This document shows positions 59,691-64,000 of a stretch of 64,000 nucleotides of DNA, in pieces; within the stretch, counting starts at the first letter, position 1, and every line of letters begins with the position of its first letter. Source of the DNA: a virus; the IMG/VR virus record IMGVR_UViG_3300030451_003654, positions 22,861 to 86,860 of that record. The stretch is one strand, 5' to 3'. The notes beneath the pieces were generated by a model. That model was not told where the DNA came from, searched no databases, and saw only the letters and a list, made by a program, of their open reading frames with translations. Both the position numbers and the translations under genes were made by a program.

Positions 59691-60307
59691 TAAACATTCC
59701 TTCCTAATCTTCTAAGAAGTGCATCATAACTTATGCCCTCTTTTGTTGCTTGTTCTTTTAAATCTTCAATCTTATACATTTTTTGATTAATGTATAAATA
59801 TCCTGGATTTGCTCTTTCAACTTCAGCAATAGTTTCTTCAGCAGTTTGTCTATCCTCACCTGAAGTATCTCTCAAATCTTTTGTTTCTCTAATATTTTCT
59901 TTTACATTTCTTGCTACTGCATCTGCAACAATAGTAATTAGTTTAGTTTCACTACTTACTACACTATCTCTTGTTAAAGTTACAGATGGTCCGAGTAATC
60001 TTTCAAAGTAATAATCACCTGATTCATCCTCCATCATAATAATTTCAAATACTTCCCTTTGCTTAGTATCTTTATGTCTATATGAAATTCTAATTTGTAA
60101 TATCTCATCTGAAATATACCTCTCTCTAACATTGATATTAGAAACTCTATCCTCTCCCTCTCTCATGGCTTGAGTAATTTTACCATAGTATTGACTTGCT
60201 GATGCTCTAACTGCTGCTCTTAATCTTTCAACAAAATTATCTACATCTCTTACAATTAGATTTTCGCCTTGATTATTTTTAATTTTTAATATTTCTTCCC
60301 ATGTCAT
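59690..60307 (-). CDS. Tagged hypothetical protein
   Basis: Begins MTWEEILK. Confidence 0.75.
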   Translation of the reverse strand: MTWEEILKIKNNQGENLIVRDVDNFVERLRAAVRASASQYYGKITQAMREGEDRVSNINVRERYISDEILQIRISYRHKDTKQREVFEIIMMEDESGDYYFERLLGPSVTLTRDSVVSSETKLITIVADAVARNVKENIRETKDLRDTSGEDRQTAEETIAEVERANPGYLYINQKMYKIEDLKEQATKEGISYDALLRRLGRNV

Positions 60308-61062
60308 AATATATATCTCCCATATTCTTGTAATAAGTAAGGTTCTTCATCAATTAATTTTTCCTTTATCTTATTATACATTTTCATTGTTGCTGGATTT
60401 CTTCTCGCTTTTGCTTTTACTTGAGGATGTCTAAGTACTGCTAATAATCTACCATTAGGATTATCAGGCATTTGTACTGTATATGCAATATACTCTTCCA
60501 TTAAATTATTACCTTCTGATATACCTGCGGATTTATCTTTATACGGGTAATCTAATATTTTTGATGCTTGATGTCCAAACTCATGAGCCAAAGTATCATA
60601 TATTTTTTCTTGTTGTTCATAATAATACTGTATCATCATCGGGTGTTTTTTGGTAGCCAAATTAACTACTACTGCATCATCTTCAGGATTATAATATCCC
60701 ATCGCTTGTCTTGGTTCATATCTAAAATCAGCCGTCATCATTTTTGAACTTAATTCATTTAACATATCGTTAAAATCTTCTAAATCATAATGTTCTTCAA
60801 TTCTACTCTTATCAGTATTATAGACTACCTGCACTCTATCTAAAATTTTAGAAATAACTGAATCATATTTTGCTAATACTTCTTTTGTTGTCGGACCTGC
60901 TATATCTAATAAATCTTGTAAATCATTATGAAGTCTATCTATTTCAGGAGTCCAATATTCATATCTACCACCTTTGTAAAAACCCATAACATCTTCTAAG
61001 TCATCAAGAATATCATCCATATTTGATGGAGTCAAACTCTTAAGGACTTCAAACCATGTCAT
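60304..61062 (-). CDS. Tagged zincin-type (HExxH) metallopeptidase-like protein
   Basis: MTWFEVLK; GYYNP...VVVN...TLAHEFGH...EEYIAY. Confidence 0.7.
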   Translation of the reverse strand: MTWFEVLKSLTPSNMDDILDDLEDVMGFYKGGRYEYWTPEIDRLHNDLQDLLDIAGPTTKEVLAKYDSVISKILDRVQVVYNTDKSRIEEHYDLEDFNDMLNELSSKMMTADFRYEPRQAMGYYNPEDDAVVVNLATKKHPMMIQYYYEQQEKIYDTLAHEFGHQASKILDYPYKDKSAGISEGNNLMEEYIAYTVQMPDNPNGRLLAVLRHPQVKAKARRNPATMKMYNKIKEKLIDEEPYLLQEYGRYIL

Positions 61063-61166
61063 TTCTTTTCACCTGTGATTAAATCTTTCCCATCTTTTTT
61101 CTCAGCCTTATCTAATTCTTTAGACTTAGCATCAAACCATTCATCTAACAATTTACATCTTGTCAT
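61059..61166 (-). CDS. 35-aa microprotein (not in track)
   Basis: MTRCKLLDEWFDAKSKELDKAEKKDGKDLITGEKK; TAATG and ATGA overlaps on both sides. Confidence 0.55.
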   Translation of the reverse strand: MTRCKLLDEWFDAKSKELDKAEKKDGKDLITGEKK

Positions 61167-61675
61167 TATTCAAACCCCCTTTGCCTACCTTTAAAATTAG
61201 CCATTAACCTATGTGTTTTCAACGGATTATCCTTTCTTTTATACTTATCTCCAAATTGTCTTGCTATAAAATTGTAAATATCTGTGTTATGAAATGCCTT
61301 TGTAGCAACTGCCTCTACAAATCCTTCTACTGTTGTAGGTATATTATACCTTTCTAATAATTCTTTATTATTATTGATTTCATTTTGTAGTTTATTTCTC
61401 CTAAAAATGAAAAAGCCACCAACTGAATGTTTATATGTTTTTGACCTATCACCTGTATCAATAAATTTACCTTCTAAATCTGTACTATTAACCCAATCAT
61501 CTATTTCATCCTTATATTGAAGATACCAATAAGACATAATATATCCTAAATTCCTATCAGGATTTTGTTCAAATAATAATTTAGGTCTTTCCCAATAAAA
61601 AGAAGGGTCATCTTTTCTACTGCTATAATTTGAAGCATCATACAAGTCGGCTTTAAGGATATTAAACCAACTCAT
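61166..61675 (-). CDS. Tagged hypothetical protein (first gene of the array)
   Basis: Begins MSWFNILK. Confidence 0.75.
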   Translation of the reverse strand: MSWFNILKADLYDASNYSSRKDDPSFYWERPKLLFEQNPDRNLGYIMSYWYLQYKDEIDDWVNSTDLEGKFIDTGDRSKTYKHSVGGFFIFRRNKLQNEINNNKELLERYNIPTTVEGFVEAVATKAFHNTDIYNFIARQFGDKYKRKDNPLKTHRLMANFKGRQRGFE

Positions 61676-61694
61676 GTAAAATACTAAAATATAA

Positions 61695-61705
61695 TTACTA
61701 TTTAA
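61695..61705 (-). promoter_or_regulatory. Putative late promoter TATA element TTAAATAGTAA
   Basis: About 20-30 nt upstream of ATG 61675 with no RBS (leaderless); same 11-mer at 55420. Confidence 0.55.
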
Positions 61706-61841
61706 CTTATATGGCTGCGAATTTAGAAAATGATATATAAATATACCATCGCTTTTTTTGAAAAAATGCCCGCAAATTTTTTTGGTACTTGCAAAAATTT
61801 TTTTTTATAATTAAATCTATTTCCAGAATAAGAATATTGTT

Positions 61842-62201
61842 TTAATTATACATATTAAAATCAGATTTGTTTTCTTTTGATTTAGATGACATCATTTCTT
61901 TCATTTGATTAACAACTTGATTTTCAAAGTCTGTATTTGGTTCTTCACCTCTATGTATATCTGCAAAATGGCGTATTTTATTGTTATATTGTTTAACTAA
62001 CTCTACAAAGTCTTCTCTTAAATCATTAAAAAATTGCTGTATCTTTTCAGCATTTCTTGGTGGTATTCCTGCTGTTCTTGTAAAGAAAGTATAAAAGTCA
62101 TTCCAATCTGCGAAATGATTTTCAAGTTTTTTCATAATATCTTCTAATTCTTCTTTATTATTATCTTCAGGCGGGTTATTTATGTAGAAATTGAACACCA
62201 T
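61842..62201 (-). CDS. Hypothetical protein (untagged)
   Basis: 119-aa ORF with GAGGA upstream. Confidence 0.6.
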   Translation of the reverse strand: MVFNFYINNPPEDNNKEELEDIMKKLENHFADWNDFYTFFTRTAGIPPRNAEKIQQFFNDLREDFVELVKQYNNKIRHFADIHRGEEPNTDFENQVVNQMKEMMSSKSKENKSDFNMYN

Positions 62202-62410
62202 AAGGTTGTCCTCGTATGCTATTAGGGTATGTTAGGGGTTATAACACTATGTATTGTGTATTTTTGAGCATTTTTAGGTTGTATGCTATTTTGTTGTACA
62301 GTTTGTATGCGATTTTGCGTTTTTATGCTGTTAGAAACACAGTTTTTTGCTATGAAGGTGTTTTTCTCTTGATGGAAGAAAAGAATTAAAACAATTAATA
62401 TAAAATTCAA

Positions 62411-62622
62411 GAACCTCCAAAGTAGAACCATATGGATGCAAGAATGAATTAGGAAACAAAAAGAACCCTCCGCCATAAGAGATGATGACGAATGAACCTG
62501 CAAACAGAACCATATGGTTCATGCGTTAGCATATTATGAACCATGCAGGAGGGTAACATAATGTTCTTTGACGATGAAGAGTGATTACATCAGTAGAACA
62601 TTTTAATTTGTTACCATATGGT
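62411..62622. repeat. Cluster of CCATATGG palindromes and GAACC repeats
   Basis: CCATATGG at 62428, 62510 and 62614; GAACC at 62411, 62425, 62463, 62494, 62507 and 62538. Confidence 0.7.
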
Positions 62623-62707
62623 TGTCGCTTTGCAGACATACCTTATCTCAAATAAAATAATAAAAGTAGTGCTTCAAAGTGAAGCGAAAAAAAAAGGAGA
62701 AAAAAAC

Positions 62708-63337
62708 ATGCCGAAAAATACAGAAAAGAAAGAAAAAGATTTGTCTATGACAGATGAAAGTTGGAACACAAGAACAGGGCGGGTATTGGAATTCTTGAAC
62801 CATGAAGGTAATCAAGAATTTCTAAATTCGTCAGATGACATAATGGATGCCGTTGAGTTAATTCAAATGAACATTCGTCGTGGTAATCGTTCAGCCGATA
62901 AGAGAAAGAATTTGTGGAATCAAATTCTAATTGAAGGAAGAGAATGGACTATTGAAAAAACTGATGGTGCATTAGCAACTAATTGGCCTGTTTCTGTTGG
63001 AAAAGAATCAAATCTACCAGCACATGTGCAAGCAAGTCTTAAGCAAATTGAACAACACACCTTTGACACATTTGTTGAATTGTGGAATAACAATTTAATT
63101 GTTCAACAAACAATGGTTATTTCAGACCGCAACAAAGAAATGGGTGGTTCACCTTATCAAGAAGGAACAGAATTTGCAAAAGCAAGAGCATTTGCTAACA
63201 AGCAAAGATTTACCAAATATTTCAACGATGGTCGTTGGGATGGTAATTTTGACCTTGAAGCAGGGTTCAATATTGCACCACCAATTGATGAAAATGCTGA
63301 AACCGAAGAAACAGGTGATTCATCTGATGATTCGTGA
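62708..63337 (+). CDS. Hypothetical protein (first gene of divergent unit)
   Basis: ATG after AGGAG (MPKNTEK...); acidic C-terminal tail. Confidence 0.7.
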   Translation: MPKNTEKKEKDLSMTDESWNTRTGRVLEFLNHEGNQEFLNSSDDIMDAVELIQMNIRRGNRSADKRKNLWNQILIEGREWTIEKTDGALATNWPVSVGKESNLPAHVQASLKQIEQHTFDTFVELWNNNLIVQQTMVISDRNKEMGGSPYQEGTEFAKARAFANKQRFTKYFNDGRWDGNFDLEAGFNIAPPIDENAETEETGDSSDDS

Positions 63338-63664
63338 AGAAGAAGATTGATTCTTTTTTAGAATCAGTATTTTCTTAGAGGTCTGAATCAATGTCAGTCT
63401 GAGTTTTGAATATTTCTCAGTAAAAAATATTCACCCTCATGGGGAGTTTTGGTTGCGAAGTCTTGGGCTTTTGTTTTCGTTATCACCTCCGTTAAAAAAA
63501 TAGTAATATATTTTCTCCCCACCTTTTTTAAAATTTAATTTGTAAAAATTATTTTTTTAAAACTTAGGGTGCGTAGCAAAGCACTTACCATATGGATGCA
63601 TCTTTGAGTAATACCTGATAATCCTACCATTATTCTATATGATGCCTAATCAGGAGGGCATAAG

Positions 63665-64000
63665 ATGGTAGAAGAAGAAAACAACCAAGAAAGAAAAGCA
63701 ACCAAAGAGGATGTAATTGAATTGGCTGAAGCAATGGGTATTGAGAGAAGCACATGTTCATGGAATAACCCTGTGAACAAGTTTGTCCATATGATTAACA
63801 CATTGTTTATGCACGATTTGTCAAGTGATAGAGTGAACCAAGATTGCTTAATGATTCTAATAGGACAACCCATGAACCAATTAGAAGCCATTAAAACATC
63901 ATACTTAGCGTTCAAGAAGTCTATTGACGAACAAAGAACGAATTACAAGAATGAACAAGAAAAGAAAGATGAGTATAGAGCAAAATTTGAGAATGTTCGA
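63665..64000 (+). CDS. Hypothetical protein, truncated by window end
   Basis: GGAGG RBS, ATG GTA GAA...; open for 112 codons to the window edge. Confidence 0.65.
   Translation, partial: MVEEENNQERKATKEDVIELAEAMGIERSTCSWNNPVNKFVHMINTLFMHDLSSDRVNQDCLMILIGQPMNQLEAIKTSYLAFKKSIDEQRTNYKNEQEKKDEYRAKFENVR

Noticed and set aside
499-60011. Numerous short opposite-strand or alternate-frame ORFs in the track (e.g. 27763..28245, 32357..32809, 51089..51469, 881..1171)
   Set aside because: They are shadows of long motif-bearing genes, with antisense-type S/F/L-rich composition and no evident RBS.
42676-61675. Integron-like cassette array or CRISPR explanation for the repeated gene starts
   Set aside because: The repeats lie inside coding sequence and vary at synonymous sites; genes overlap with no room for attC sites or spacers; no integrase or cas gene is seen in the window.
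42676-61675. Tag as a Sec/Tat or lipoprotein signal peptide
   Set aside because: Only about 8 residues long, with no hydrophobic core, twin-Arg motif or lipobox.
62222-62522. Track ORFs 62222..62503 and 62331..62522
   Set aside because: They overlap each other in the palindrome-rich divergent region and have atypical composition; the region is probably non-coding.
63646-63915. Minus-strand 89-aa ORF
   Set aside because: Antisense to the better-supported + strand gene starting at 63665 with a GGAGG RBS.
61676-64000. tRNA genes in intergenic gaps
   Set aside because: No cloverleaf or T-loop GTTCRA with an acceptor stem was found by eye.

Overview
This window is a low-GC segment of a tailed archaeal virus (Caudoviricetes), most similar in my recollection to magroviruses of Marine Group II / Poseidoniales. 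That assignment is inferred from GGTGA/GGAGG ribosome-binding sites, TATA-like promoters and gene content; no database search was run. Two + strand replication-type genes (an AAA+/MCM-like ATPase and a DEDD exonuclease) end at a hairpin terminator. They are followed by a ~60 kb minus-strand late block. In transcription order it holds a cargo-like gene array, a putative TerS, three small membrane proteins, TerL, a LAGLIDADG protein, a Zn-ribbon portal, an ATP-dependent DNA ligase, a prohead protease-scaffold, the HK97-fold capsid protein, neck genes, the tail tube, a chaperone with a -1 frameshift, the tape measure, tail tip and fibres. A divergent region with repeated CCATATGG palindromes closes the window. 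The main finding is that about 25 otherwise unrelated genes (42.7-61.7 kb) begin with the same peptide, M-(S/T/N/D/-)-W-x-x-(I/L/V)-(L/I)-K. This motif resembles the C-terminal helix of the scaffold (MSWEELNDL) and recurs at internal domain boundaries. It suggests an undescribed capsid-targeting and protease-cleavage tag that loads an interchangeable set of effector proteins into the virion. A nested sub-family shares a second constant module (RQKLRxDxxPLPD[DE]nC) fused to variable domains.
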